Below, piece by piece: positions 32,801 through 44,696 of a stretch of DNA of 64,000 nt (the first letter of the stretch is position 1; every line of letters begins with the position of its first letter). The notes beneath the pieces are model-generated. The model saw only the letters and a list, made by a program, of their open reading frames with translations. It had not been told where the DNA came from and did not search any database. The position numbers and the translations under genes are program-made. The DNA is from Longimicrobiales bacterium. GTDB lineage: Bacteria; Gemmatimonadota; Gemmatimonadetes; Longimicrobiales; Gaopeijiaceae. The stretch lies in assembly GCA_041690395.1 (NCBI GenBank), contig JAWLHJ010000005.1, positions 224,001-288,000 of the forward strand. The letters run 5' to 3'.

Positions 32801-34413
32801 TCAGCCGCGTCGAGGGGACCATGTCCTATCGCGACCGCGGGGCCTCGATGGCAATCGAGGCATGGGACGGCGAGCGGCAGGCGCTCACCATATCCGGGAC
32901 GGTGCCCGTCGACCTCTCCCTCGCGGAAGTGGCGTCCAGGCGGCTGGACGAGCCCATGGACCTCACTCTCGCGGCCGACTCTCTCGACGCGGGGCTCGTG
33001 CTCGCCTATTTCGACTCCCTCGACGACGTGGTCGGAGTGGTCTCCGCGGACGTCCGGCTGCGCGGCACGACGGCGGATCCGATCCCGAGCGGGGAGGTGC
33101 GGCTCGAGAACGGCGCATGGACGCTCGAAGCGCTCGGGGTGCGGCACCAGGACGTTTCCGGCACGCTGGACCTCCGTGAGGATCAGACCGTGACCGTCGA
33201 TCTCTCCACGACGGGTACCGGAACGTCCACGGTGGGCGGGACGATCCGCCTCTCCCCGCTCGACGACCCTACGCTCGATCTCACGGTGAGCTTCGACCGG
33301 TTCCGCGCCATGGAGCGACGGGACATCGAAGGGACGCTGAGTGGCGAGCTCGCGGTCACGGGGACGTACCGGCGCCCCCTCACCGAAGGGGCTCTCACGG
33401 TCGACGAGGGTCTGTTGCAGGTCGACGAGTTCTCGCGGGCCGCCGGCGTGGTGGATCTGAGCGATCCCCGCCTGTTCAGCCAGGGGCTCGCGGTCGATAC
33501 CACGGTCTTCATGTCGCAGCGTATCCTGGCCGACATCCGCAATCCCTTCCTCGACAACCTGCGGCTCAACGTCGACCTGTCCGTTCCGCGGAACACCTGG
33601 CTCCGCTCCAACGAGATGAACGTCGAGATGGGCGGTGATCTGCTCGTCCGCTACGACCGTAGCGCCGGTGACCTCGTGTTGATCGGCGAGCTCCAGGCGC
33701 TGCGAGGGACATACCTGGTCGTGGGTCGGACGTTCGAGGTCGACGAGGGGGCCGTCTCGTTCATCGGCCGACCGGGAATCAATCCGTCGCTCGACATCGC
33801 GGCCGTGAGCCGGTTCCGGACGTCGGAGGGGGGACAGGTATCCATCACGGCCACGGTCGACGGCACGCTCGTCCAACCCCGTGTGACGCTCACCTCGGAA
33901 AGCGGTGAGCTCTCGCAGTCGGACCTGATCTCGTACCTGGTCTTCAACCAGTCCGCAGCCGAGGTGGGGCGGGCGCAGCAGTCGTTCCTCGGCCAGGCGA
34001 CCGGCGGGGCGGCGGCCACGGCGCTCTCGGGGGCGGTGACTTACCTTGGCGGCTCCTTCGTGAACCAGTCCGGCGCGGCGATCGCTCAGGAGCTCAGCCT
34101 CGACTACGTGGCGGTCTCCTCCGGGCCCGCGTCGGCCGAATGGGCCGGGCTGCGATCCGCGCAGCTCGAGCTCGGACGGTATCTCGGCGATGACGTCTTC
34201 GCCGTGGTCACCTTCCGCCCGCTCATCGAGGAAGCCAGCCGTTTCGGGGGGGTGAGAGTCGAATGGGCGCTCACCGACGCGTACAACTTCGAGGCGTTCG
34301 TCGAGGACCGCTTCCTGAGGAGCGGCGTCGGCTTCCTGGCCATCCAGGACCTCGGGGGCGAACTCCTCTACGGCGTGCTCTTCGCGCGCGAGTGGAGCTA
34401 CAACGACGAGTAG
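29869..34413 (+). CDS. Translocation/assembly module TamB-like protein
   Basis: 1514 aa; N-terminal TM; AsmA-like beta repeats; C-terminal NPSLDI...QSDLISYLVF...ELGRYL; follows the TamA-like gene. Confidence 0.88.
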   Translation: MDRGDKQEAGGGERAAPSREVRRRRLRRLRTVRRWTTGVLLVLGALVAIAGIVVLQTAPGQRAALDFALEQIEGSLAGELRIGAIRSRTLLAGASLDDVVLTDDTGRPVLTADSVVVRYLPTGLVSGALRVRSVILWGMDFEISRLSEDGALNLGRVLAPGDPAPDSARTRTELLFGQVGVRDGRVSVLSPASGGLPIGAGGVVPGPEGPLARIGLDQLNLDLEDAVLTIDGDVAFRSDLASLAMRLGLPGRTEPMVVREAFGRLTFDLDSGITITEGAFRLPQTLGRGTVEIGPEAGVEGWALDADFEVEDWGSLADLQWADPRIPEGTFRGGVQVSTADGLALDLERVDVRLSDTNLALDGGVVFGDVLSTRALDVVASPLVLSRISPWLPEPLPVDGWLSGRATFTGTREDLRADGRVTFVPVGHGGAPTTADFSGRMHLGNDLGWTDFEARLDPLNYSLVDLFAPDVTFDGRGSADVQLDGRTRLGVRVIADLVHRDGTSPESRVNARGTFGRSGDGWTLDLSGDVTPLSLEVAGALSPDLELRGEVRGPVTARGLLTDLRLTADLMGPGGRLNLSGGLDVTAPGSAYQLDFEAVDLALAAYSGRLPDPTVWNGTLSVDGSGLVLDSLRGTASLQLRGSRIGALTVDTVSAALRAEDGLLHWESMEGSVGGVHFEGSGRLGLSGEATGNASLLFYTESLVGLRPLLMGDSIIVGDELTSLEQEMLRLEGVEPDTLPTADEVRVEGAVRGEAELSGLVTDLAVDLRMTMIGGAYGRNSVDSMEVAMSVTGLPATTGPWEADIDATGVLWEGRTIQQLAVTGSMQDRAGSGALRMTRRESESYALAGDFQLDSLGGEAYLTQLVASLEERTWSMSRPTSISWTADALGVEDLEVLREGDDPMRMTAAGTLAREGESDFRLDIDGLHLERLGAMIRNDPLDMAGHLDLRLHVRGPAPSPLIDAELEIVDPRFRNMTLSRVEGTMSYRDRGASMAIEAWDGERQALTISGTVPVDLSLAEVASRRLDEPMDLTLAADSLDAGLVLAYFDSLDDVVGVVSADVRLRGTTADPIPSGEVRLENGAWTLEALGVRHQDVSGTLDLREDQTVTVDLSTTGTGTSTVGGTIRLSPLDDPTLDLTVSFDRFRAMERRDIEGTLSGELAVTGTYRRPLTEGALTVDEGLLQVDEFSRAAGVVDLSDPRLFSQGLAVDTTVFMSQRILADIRNPFLDNLRLNVDLSVPRNTWLRSNEMNVEMGGDLLVRYDRSAGDLVLIGELQALRGTYLVVGRTFEVDEGAVSFIGRPGINPSLDIAAVSRFRTSEGGQVSITATVDGTLVQPRVTLTSESGELSQSDLISYLVFNQSAAEVGRAQQSFLGQATGGAAATALSGAVTYLGGSFVNQSGAAIAQELSLDYVAVSSGPASAEWAGLRSAQLELGRYLGDDVFAVVTFRPLIEEASRFGGVRVEWALTDAYNFEAFVEDRFLRSGVGFLAIQDLGGELLYGVLFAREWSYNDE

Positions 34414-34494
34414 CCGCAACCCTCCGGCCGTTCCCGGTGTAATCAGGGGTCCCAACAAACAACGTCGATCTTCCGATCGTGGAGTCGTCCAGAT

Positions 34495-35346
34495 ATGCAG
34501 ATGATCAAGGTCTTCGGGCTGATGACCGGGCTGACGCTGTTGCTCGTGTTCGCCGGGTCGTATTTCGGAGGCACGAACGGCGCAGTGCTGTTCTTCGTCA
34601 TCGCCGCCGTCATGAACTTCGGGATGTACTGGTTCAGCGATAAGGCCGTGCTGAAGATGTACAAGGCGCGCATCATCGGGCCGGAAGACGCCCCGGAGCT
34701 GTACGAGATGGTCGACCGGCTCCGGCAGCGGGCCGACCTGCCCATGCCGGTCGTGGCGATCGCCCCGCAGCAGCAGCCGAACGCGTTCGCCACGGGCCGG
34801 AGTCCGTCGCACGCGGTGGTGTGCGTCACCGCGGGCATCCTCCAGTCGCTGAACCGGCGTGAGCTCGAGGGCGTGATTGCGCACGAATTGGCCCACATCG
34901 ACCACCGGCACATGCTCGTGGGCACCATCGCGGCCACCATGGCCGGTGCCATCGCCATGCTCGGCAGCATCGTGCGTTGGGGGATGATCTTCGGCGGCTT
35001 CGGGGGACGGGACGACGGCGATCAGAATCCGATCGCGCTCCTGGTCATGGCGCTCGTCGCGCCGATCGCGGCCGCCATCGTGCAGATGGCCATCAGCCGG
35101 CAGAACGAGTTCCAGGCCGACGCGAGCGCCGCGCGCATCACGGGCGACCCGGGTGGTCTGGCGAGCGCGCTCCGCTCGCTCGAGAACACGTCGCGGCGGG
35201 TGCCGATGGACGTGAATCCGGCGGCGGCCCAGCTGGCGATCGTGAACCCGCTCGCCGGCGCGCGCGGTCAGGCCTTCCTCGGTCTCTTCCGGACGCACCC
35301 TCCCACCGAGGCGCGCATCGAGCGCCTCCAGACCCTCGCGATCTGA
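34495..35346 (+). CDS. htpX: Zinc metalloprotease HtpX
   Basis: [46 protein letters not shown]. Confidence 0.96.
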   Translation: MQMIKVFGLMTGLTLLLVFAGSYFGGTNGAVLFFVIAAVMNFGMYWFSDKAVLKMYKARIIGPEDAPELYEMVDRLRQRADLPMPVVAIAPQQQPNAFATGRSPSHAVVCVTAGILQSLNRRELEGVIAHELAHIDHRHMLVGTIAATMAGAIAMLGSIVRWGMIFGGFGGRDDGDQNPIALLVMALVAPIAAAIVQMAISRQNEFQADASAARITGDPGGLASALRSLENTSRRVPMDVNPAAAQLAIVNPLAGARGQAFLGLFRTHPPTEARIERLQTLAI

Positions 35347-35350
35347 GCGA

Positions 35351-35387
35351 CCGGGGCGCCCCATCCTACCCGGGTGGGGCGCCCCGG
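35351..35387. terminator. GC-rich hairpin after htpX
   Basis: CCGGGGCGCCCCATCC / GGGTGGGGCGCCCCGG, 16-bp stem; weak U-tract. Confidence 0.5.
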
Positions 35388-35426
35388 ATTGAGCCGCACT
35401 CGCCGGCTTCGTTAGTTTTGCAGGCT

Positions 35427-38351
<2,925 letters not shown>

Positions 38352-38373
38352 CCGCTGCTGGAGCGTCGTGCGC

Positions 38374-39477
38374 TCAACCGATCTCCTCGAAGTTGAGCGA
38401 GATGGTTTCGGTAGGCACCTCGTCCGCGCTGTCCCCGGGTGTGTAGGAGATCACCCCGCGCTTCAGGGTCAGGTTGTGGTAGCGGGGCGCCGCCGTGCCC
38501 TCGTCCTTGCGGAGGTAGACGACGATCTCGGCGAATACGGTCCCGGCGGCGGCTGCGTCCTCCAGGGCGCGGGAGGCTGTGTCCGTCTTCTTCGTGATGG
38601 TCAAGTCCTTGAAACTGGCCTTACCCGCGCCGCCCCCCGCGGTGACGTTCACCGTGGTGCCCCAGCTGAAGCTCTCGATTTCGATGTGACCTTCGTGCCC
38701 CGCCTCCTCGGACTCGCCGTCGATGTCCGGGATCTTTATGAAGACGTCCACGGGCTGGGGCTGAGGGTCCGGGTCGGGGACGGACAGATCCAGAAAGGCG
38801 ACAATGCCGTCCATGGGGATGGACGCGTCGGCGGTGCCGACCTCGGGCTCCAGGCCCGGCAGCGACCACGTCACGCCCTGGAAGGTGAACGTCACTTGCT
38901 CCTGGTCCGGCGCGGCGCCGGGCGTGCTCGACGACGGCTCGATCGAGCTCACCAATACGTCCGTGAGCTGGACCTGCATGTACTCCTCCCCGTCGGCGTC
39001 ACTCCGTCGTACCGCCAGGTCCATCTCCGCGATGGCCGTGCCCTGCTGCATCACGTGGGTGAGCTCGTGGCTCGCCAGGTCGTTGCCCTTGGTCAGGACG
39101 ATCTCGCCCAGGCGGGCCACCGCCGCGAGCTGACCGTCGTCTCCGGGCGCCACCTCCACCTCGATGGTCCAGTCGATGCTGAGGATGTCGATCTCGTCCT
39201 CGTGGTCGGCGTCCTGGGACTCGCCCGGGATGTCGGGGATCTTCAGGAAGACGTCCACCGCCGCTTCGGTGCCGGGGCCGCCGCCGCTCAGGTCCAGGAA
39301 GCCCGCCAGCGCGCCCATGGGCGTGGAGGAGGCGTAGTCGCGAACCGGCGCCTGCTCTTCTTCCTGCTCCTGCTCTTCAGGGTCCTGCGTTCCCGTCGGG
39401 CCAGGAGAGTCTCCGCAGCCGGCGAGGAGAAGGATGCCCAGCAGGGCGAGGGCCGTGGGAGCGAGGCGTCCGTTCAT
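38374..39477 (-). CDS. Lipoprotein with two tandem Hcp (type VI secretion tube)-like domains
   Basis: 367 aa; lipobox LAG-C21; two copies of DVFLKIPDIxGES...HExxIxIxSxxW...TKxxDxAS...ExxxxxF; GGGAGKASFKDLTITK as in Hcp1. Confidence 0.85.
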   Translation of the reverse strand: MNGRLAPTALALLGILLLAGCGDSPGPTGTQDPEEQEQEEEQAPVRDYASSTPMGALAGFLDLSGGGPGTEAAVDVFLKIPDIPGESQDADHEDEIDILSIDWTIEVEVAPGDDGQLAAVARLGEIVLTKGNDLASHELTHVMQQGTAIAEMDLAVRRSDADGEEYMQVQLTDVLVSSIEPSSSTPGAAPDQEQVTFTFQGVTWSLPGLEPEVGTADASIPMDGIVAFLDLSVPDPDPQPQPVDVFIKIPDIDGESEEAGHEGHIEIESFSWGTTVNVTAGGGAGKASFKDLTITKKTDTASRALEDAAAAGTVFAEIVVYLRKDEGTAAPRYHNLTLKRGVISYTPGDSADEVPTETISLNFEEIG

Positions 39478-39587
39478 CAGTCCGACTCCGAGCGGAGGTT
39501 GCGCGTGCCCTGAACTGCCGGGCTGTTCAAAGCTAGGCCCCGAGGATCGGGCCGGGCCAGTGAAAAAGCTCGCCGCGTCCGCCGCGC

Positions 39588-42038
39588 TCACCCATCCGGG
39601 GAGAGGGCGTCCGTCACGGCCCGCACCAGAGCCTCCGCGGCGAACGGCTTGTGCAGGAAATGCGCGCCCTGGAGCACCTCCGGGGGCACGATCTCGTCGC
39701 CGGCGTAGCCGGACATGAGCACGACGGGGAGCGCGCGGTGCTCGGAGCGTAGCTGCTGCACCAGCTCGGGCCCCGACAGGAGCGGCATCACGACGTCGCT
39801 CACGAGGATGTCGGGCGGCGCCTCCTCGGCCACACGGAGGGCCTCCTCGCCGTTGGATGCCGTCCTCACCCGTGCACCGGCGCGCGTCAGCACCTTTTCG
39901 AGCACGGTGCGGAGGTGCGCCTGGTCTTCCACCAAAAGGACCTGGATGCCGTCGAGCCGTCTCCCCGGAGACCGGGCGGCCTGCGCATCGGCCGCACGGG
40001 CGGCGCCCCTGCTCGCCGGAAGAGTGACGGTGAAGGTGCTGCCGACGCCCTCCGCGCTGTCGACGGAGACCGAGCCCCCCAGTCCTTCGGCCAGCAGCCG
40101 TACGGTGTTGAGACCGATGCCCGTCCCGTGCTGCTTGGTCGTGTAGAAGGGCTCGAAGATGCTCCCGAGTGCCGATCGGGGGATCCCCGTTCCGTCGTCG
40201 GACACGGAGAGCTCGACCCGATCTTCAGCTTGCGCGCTCCCCACGCGCACATGGACGGTCCCGGTGCGGCCCGCTTCCTCGAGTGCGTCGCGCGCGTTGA
40301 CGATCAGGTTCATCACGACCTGTTCGAACTGGTGCGGCGGCATGACGACGTCGGGGGCCTCGTCGTCCAGCTCGAAGGCGAGCTCGCAGGCCGATCCGAC
40401 CAGGCGCCTCAGGATCGGGGCCATCTCGGTGACCGCGATGGACGGGTTGAACGCTTTCGCCTCTTCGGTGGACCGGCGGGTGAAGTCGAGGAGCCGCCGG
40501 ATGAGCCCCGCGGCACGGTGGCTCGTCTGGGTGAGGAGCTCGAGGTCGGCGAGGGCCGTCGGGTGGTCTTCCAACTCGTCCCGGAGGAGGTCGGTCTGGA
40601 CGTCGATCACCGCGAGCAGGTTGTTGAAGTCGTGCGCGATGCCGCCGGAGATCCGGCCGACGACCTCCATCTTCTGCGCTTCCGCGAGCTGAGCCTGAAG
40701 CAGGAGCCGCTCGCTGATGTCTCGCACGATGGCCGTGCTCCGCAGTCCGCCCTCCGGATCCTCGTAAACGCTACTGCTGACCTCGCACGGAACCCGCCGT
40801 CCGGAGCTGTGGAGCCAGGTCAGCTCCCCGGAGAACGATCCGTCGGAGCGGCGCTCGTCCAGCGCGGCCTTCCAACGTGGGTCGTCGGGGTCCTGTACGA
40901 GTTCACGCCCCCCCGCGATCAACTCGGCTTCGGTGTATCCCAGGATGCGGCACGCGGCCGGGTTCGCGGCGAGGATCCGGCCCGACGGCTTGCCCAGGAT
41001 GATGCCGTCCAGAGCCTCGACGAAGAGCTCGCGGTATCGATCCTCGGCCTCCGCGATGAGCAGCTCGCGGAGCCGCTGTGCGTCGTGCTGCGACGACAAC
41101 GCGCCCGCGACGCTCTGGGCGAACGACCGGTATGCGGCGTCCCAGGGAAGGCTCGGGGAGAGACCGAGTAGAAGGACTCCCGCCTCGTCGCGCTCCCCTG
41201 AAGGCGAGCCGTCGTGGCCGAGCGGGGCGATCGCCACGTGGGTGGCCGTCACGCCTTCCTCCAGCGCCACGCCGCCGAGCTCGGCCAGCGGGACCCTCCG
41301 GACCTCGCCCACGGCTGCCCCGCGGTCCGACCGCAACCCCTCCGCGACGGCCCCGGCTGCACGGATACCGTCCTCGTCGAGGCGCACGCCGGCGGCGGAG
41401 ACCAGTGTCCGGTGACCCTCCTCCCCCGGGAGCAGGACCGCGTGCATCGGCGCATCCGCGGATCCCACCAACGCCTCGCAGGAGCGCCGAACGCCGTCCA
41501 GGGGATGCATGGGCTCCCTGTGCTGACCGAGCTGTTGGAGCGTGCGCCCCCGCCGCACGGCGAGCACCTGGGCCGTGGTGTCGACGGCCGTCGATAGCAA
41601 CCCGACGACATTCCCCCGCAGGTCCCGCAGCGGAGAGTAGGAGAAGGTGAAGTAGCAATCCTCCAGGAACCCGTGCTTGTCGAGGGGAAGGAGCTCGTTT
41701 TCCCTCCGGATCGCGGTGCCGGTCCGGTAGACGTCTTGGAGGAGGGGGCCGACATGATCCCAGAGCTCGCCGAACACCTCGTGCACCGGCTCCCAGAGGA
41801 CCGGATGCTTGCCGCCGAGGATGGGGATGTAGCCGTCGTTGTAGACGATTCTGAACTCGGGTCCCAGCCCGAGCATCATGGGAATCCGTGCATCCAGCGC
41901 CAGGTTGACCGCGGCCAGGAACTCGACGGGCCACGCCTCGGGCGGACCCACTTCGGTGGCCGACCAGTCGAAGGCGTTCAGGCGGCGCGGCATCTCGCCG
42001 GGCTGCCGAAAGCTGACGTGGTCCCTCGAGCTGGACAT
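39588..42038 (-). CDS. Hybrid sensor histidine kinase/response regulator with PAS domains
   Basis: FDWSATEVGPPEAWP N-terminus; PAS; GGIAHDFNNLL H-box; NLIVNARDA; DDGTGI; FEPFYTTK; GTGIGL; receiver LLVED...SDVVMP...FLHKPF. Confidence 0.95.
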   Translation of the reverse strand: MSSSRDHVSFRQPGEMPRRLNAFDWSATEVGPPEAWPVEFLAAVNLALDARIPMMLGLGPEFRIVYNDGYIPILGGKHPVLWEPVHEVFGELWDHVGPLLQDVYRTGTAIRRENELLPLDKHGFLEDCYFTFSYSPLRDLRGNVVGLLSTAVDTTAQVLAVRRGRTLQQLGQHREPMHPLDGVRRSCEALVGSADAPMHAVLLPGEEGHRTLVSAAGVRLDEDGIRAAGAVAEGLRSDRGAAVGEVRRVPLAELGGVALEEGVTATHVAIAPLGHDGSPSGERDEAGVLLLGLSPSLPWDAAYRSFAQSVAGALSSQHDAQRLRELLIAEAEDRYRELFVEALDGIILGKPSGRILAANPAACRILGYTEAELIAGGRELVQDPDDPRWKAALDERRSDGSFSGELTWLHSSGRRVPCEVSSSVYEDPEGGLRSTAIVRDISERLLLQAQLAEAQKMEVVGRISGGIAHDFNNLLAVIDVQTDLLRDELEDHPTALADLELLTQTSHRAAGLIRRLLDFTRRSTEEAKAFNPSIAVTEMAPILRRLVGSACELAFELDDEAPDVVMPPHQFEQVVMNLIVNARDALEEAGRTGTVHVRVGSAQAEDRVELSVSDDGTGIPRSALGSIFEPFYTTKQHGTGIGLNTVRLLAEGLGGSVSVDSAEGVGSTFTVTLPASRGAARAADAQAARSPGRRLDGIQVLLVEDQAHLRTVLEKVLTRAGARVRTASNGEEALRVAEEAPPDILVSDVVMPLLSGPELVQQLRSEHRALPVVLMSGYAGDEIVPPEVLQGAHFLHKPFAAEALVRAVTDALSPDG

Positions 42039-42137
42039 CGTGGACGACCCGGCGTGCGGGGGGAGGTTCGTCGGAGTAGGAAGATTACCGCCGACAGTCC
42101 GTCGCGCGCCAACCGCATCGCTGCTGTTCGCGTCCGC

Positions 42138-44450
42138 TCAGTTCCTCCACCCTTCCGTCCTGGTCTCGGCCAGCACCGCCTCGAAGGGGTTGAACTCGAG
42201 GCGGTCGGGTACGCGCGGCATCGCGGGCAGCGTCACTTCAGTGACCGGACCTGTGACTTCCACACGGACCATCGCCGATCCCTCCTCCCCGAAGTCGACC
42301 AGGATGGGGACGAACATCCGGAAGTCATCGGGAACGTGCTCCTGACGGATGCGGGCGTGGGCCAGCACGGAGCCGTCGTCCAGCTCTTCGTAGTCGTGCG
42401 AGAACGCGTAGGTCGGAATGTCCGACCCGTACACCCAAGCGTCGAAGAACCACTGCATGGACCCTCCGAGCGCCTCTTCGACGGCGTTCTGGAAGCTCTG
42501 CGTCGTCGCGGTGCGTCCCAGGTGACCGTTGTAGAATGACCGCATCATGCCGGTGAAGAGGGAGTCGCTGCCCGTGTCGGTGTCGGTCATGAGCGTGCGC
42601 AGCATGTGCAGCACCCAAGCGCCTTTGTGGTACACCGTCATCTGGTAGTCTCCAGGATTCTCCGAGGTCGCCGACCGGGTACCGAGCGCGATGGGGGGCG
42701 ACTCGCCGCGGCGATCGAGCAGGTCCTCCCGGGTCTCCTTCAGCCGCTCGAGGTACATGTCGATGGAGCCCCTCGCTCTGGCCGCGTACCACCATCCGGA
42801 GAACTCCGAGAAGCCCTCGGCCAGCCACCAGTCCCGGTACGTCGCCGGCCGAACGCCGATGCCCCACCACTGATGGGCGACCTCGTGGGCCCGGAACATC
42901 TCGTCGAAGCCTTTCTCGCTGGTCCACTGGAACGTGTTCCACGCGAGCATCACGAGCCCGGGATACGCTTCTCCGTGGCTGTATGGGATCTCCGTGGCGA
43001 CGAAGCTCCGGACCGTCGTGGGACCGTAGACGCCGTTGAAGAAGGTGAAGCTGTTCCGCAGGTCGTGGGCGACCATGTCGGCCATGTCCCGCTGCTCGAG
43101 AAGGTATCCCCCGGCCTCGGCGACCATGCCTCCCAGCCGCCGGTGGGCCCGCTCGTTGATGAGCACGGTCAGCTCGGGGTCGTCGGGGTAGAGGGCCTCG
43201 GCCTCGAGCGCGTCGAACTCTCCGATATTGAACGTGACGGCCCGGACCGCGGGCGTCTCGAAGACCGACGTCGTCCGCCCCTCCGCGGTCTCGACGTGCG
43301 TGCGCTCCCCGACCGTCGTGACCACGTAGTCGTCGGGCGCGTGGAAGGTGAGCGTGTACGGAATGGGCCGGCCATGCTCGTAGACCGGGTACCAGGTGGT
43401 GTGCGACCACAATCGCACCCAGAGGTTCTCCGGGCGGTCCATCATCTCGCCGGAGTAGTGGACGGCGAGCGAGGCCGTATCCGAGGGCATGGAGCGGAGG
43501 TCCACCCACAGGTCCGCGCGGTCGTCCGGACGATAGAACGGCACCGCCGACCCATCGGACCAGCGCACGGAGTCCACGTCCAGGCCGGAGTAGAGCTGGA
43601 ACGGCACCCAGTCGTACGCGAGCTGCCTCCGGAACAGGGTGACCTCGGCGCGCCCGACGACGTCGAGGTCTTCGTCGATCTCGATCTCGATGTCGTACGC
43701 CGTGATCGTGACGATGTCGAGGGCCTCTTGCGGGAGGCTGCGCCCCGATTCGTAGTCGAGCCGCCGGTGGAAGCGGCTCATGACCTCGCGCCGCTTGTCG
43801 CGCCCGGCTCGCTGGTGCAACCCGATCTCTTCCGCCTCGAGGAGATCGATCGTGAACATGAGAGGGTCGTCGCGGCGTTCGGAGAAGTGAGCGTAGAAGA
43901 ATCCCGGGGCCCCGTTGACGAGCGGTAGCGTGACCGTGCGATCGATCCAACCGTCGTCGCCCGCCAGGTAAGCGGACGCCTCGGCGACTTCGTCGCGTGC
44001 GTCGCGGGACGGCTCGAGCGGGACCCAGCCTCCGCTCGGCTCCAGCTCCGTCAGCGTGAGGTCGTTGAACAGGAAGACCGCGTTCCTGAAGGGCACGGGC
44101 TCCTCGACGGAGACATCGAAGGCCCGAGACACGTGGGCCGCCTCGAGCGGATCGGGGACCGCCACCTCGAAGCGTCCTTCGCCGGAGAACACGGCGCCGT
44201 AGGTGCGTCCGTCGAAGTCCGGGAGGAGGTGCAGGGTGCCGCGGTCCAGGTGGAAGCGGGCGGCGTCACGCTCCAGGACCAGGCCTTCGACGGCGGCGCC
44301 GCGGTCCGGGTCGGGGCGAAGGTTCCGGAGCGCCTGGTGCCAGGCGACGAGCTGACTCGAGTCGGCCGCGGGATCCACGCGGTGGCGTTCGGGGGTGGCG
44401 AACCCGAGGGCGGTGGCCACCAGGGTCGATACCCAGAGCATAGCCGTCAT
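42138..44450 (-). CDS. M1 family aminopeptidase-like zinc metallopeptidase, exported
   Basis: AAAGGAG SD; signal peptide; AHEVAHQWWG...WLAEGFSEF; YHKGAWVLHMLR; FFDAWVY. Confidence 0.88.
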   Translation of the reverse strand: MTAMLWVSTLVATALGFATPERHRVDPAADSSQLVAWHQALRNLRPDPDRGAAVEGLVLERDAARFHLDRGTLHLLPDFDGRTYGAVFSGEGRFEVAVPDPLEAAHVSRAFDVSVEEPVPFRNAVFLFNDLTLTELEPSGGWVPLEPSRDARDEVAEASAYLAGDDGWIDRTVTLPLVNGAPGFFYAHFSERRDDPLMFTIDLLEAEEIGLHQRAGRDKRREVMSRFHRRLDYESGRSLPQEALDIVTITAYDIEIEIDEDLDVVGRAEVTLFRRQLAYDWVPFQLYSGLDVDSVRWSDGSAVPFYRPDDRADLWVDLRSMPSDTASLAVHYSGEMMDRPENLWVRLWSHTTWYPVYEHGRPIPYTLTFHAPDDYVVTTVGERTHVETAEGRTTSVFETPAVRAVTFNIGEFDALEAEALYPDDPELTVLINERAHRRLGGMVAEAGGYLLEQRDMADMVAHDLRNSFTFFNGVYGPTTVRSFVATEIPYSHGEAYPGLVMLAWNTFQWTSEKGFDEMFRAHEVAHQWWGIGVRPATYRDWWLAEGFSEFSGWWYAARARGSIDMYLERLKETREDLLDRRGESPPIALGTRSATSENPGDYQMTVYHKGAWVLHMLRTLMTDTDTGSDSLFTGMMRSFYNGHLGRTATTQSFQNAVEEALGGSMQWFFDAWVYGSDIPTYAFSHDYEELDDGSVLAHARIRQEHVPDDFRMFVPILVDFGEEGSAMVRVEVTGPVTEVTLPAMPRVPDRLEFNPFEAVLAETRTEGWRN

Positions 44451-44696
44451 GAGGACTCCTTTCGACAGTCGCGCATGTGCCGATGCCACCAGAGTAGGGT
44501 GCGAGCCACGCGTCGGCCATGGTGGGCGGCCCCCCGGCGGGGCGGCGGCCACGCCGTGCGACCCGGGCCGGGACCGCTTACCTTATCGCATGCTCGCCGG
44601 CCCGGCGGGCCCGCGCGAAGAAACCCGCCCACCCCCCGGGACGTAGGGGGACGAGATGGAAAGGGCCGATACGCGGACACAGCCAATGGAGAGCGC

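Noticed and set aside
44473..44488. Sigma-54 promoter on the minus strand upstream of the M1 peptidase (TGGCATCGGCACATGC)
   Set aside because: GG-to-GC spacing is one base too long for a -24/-12 promoter.
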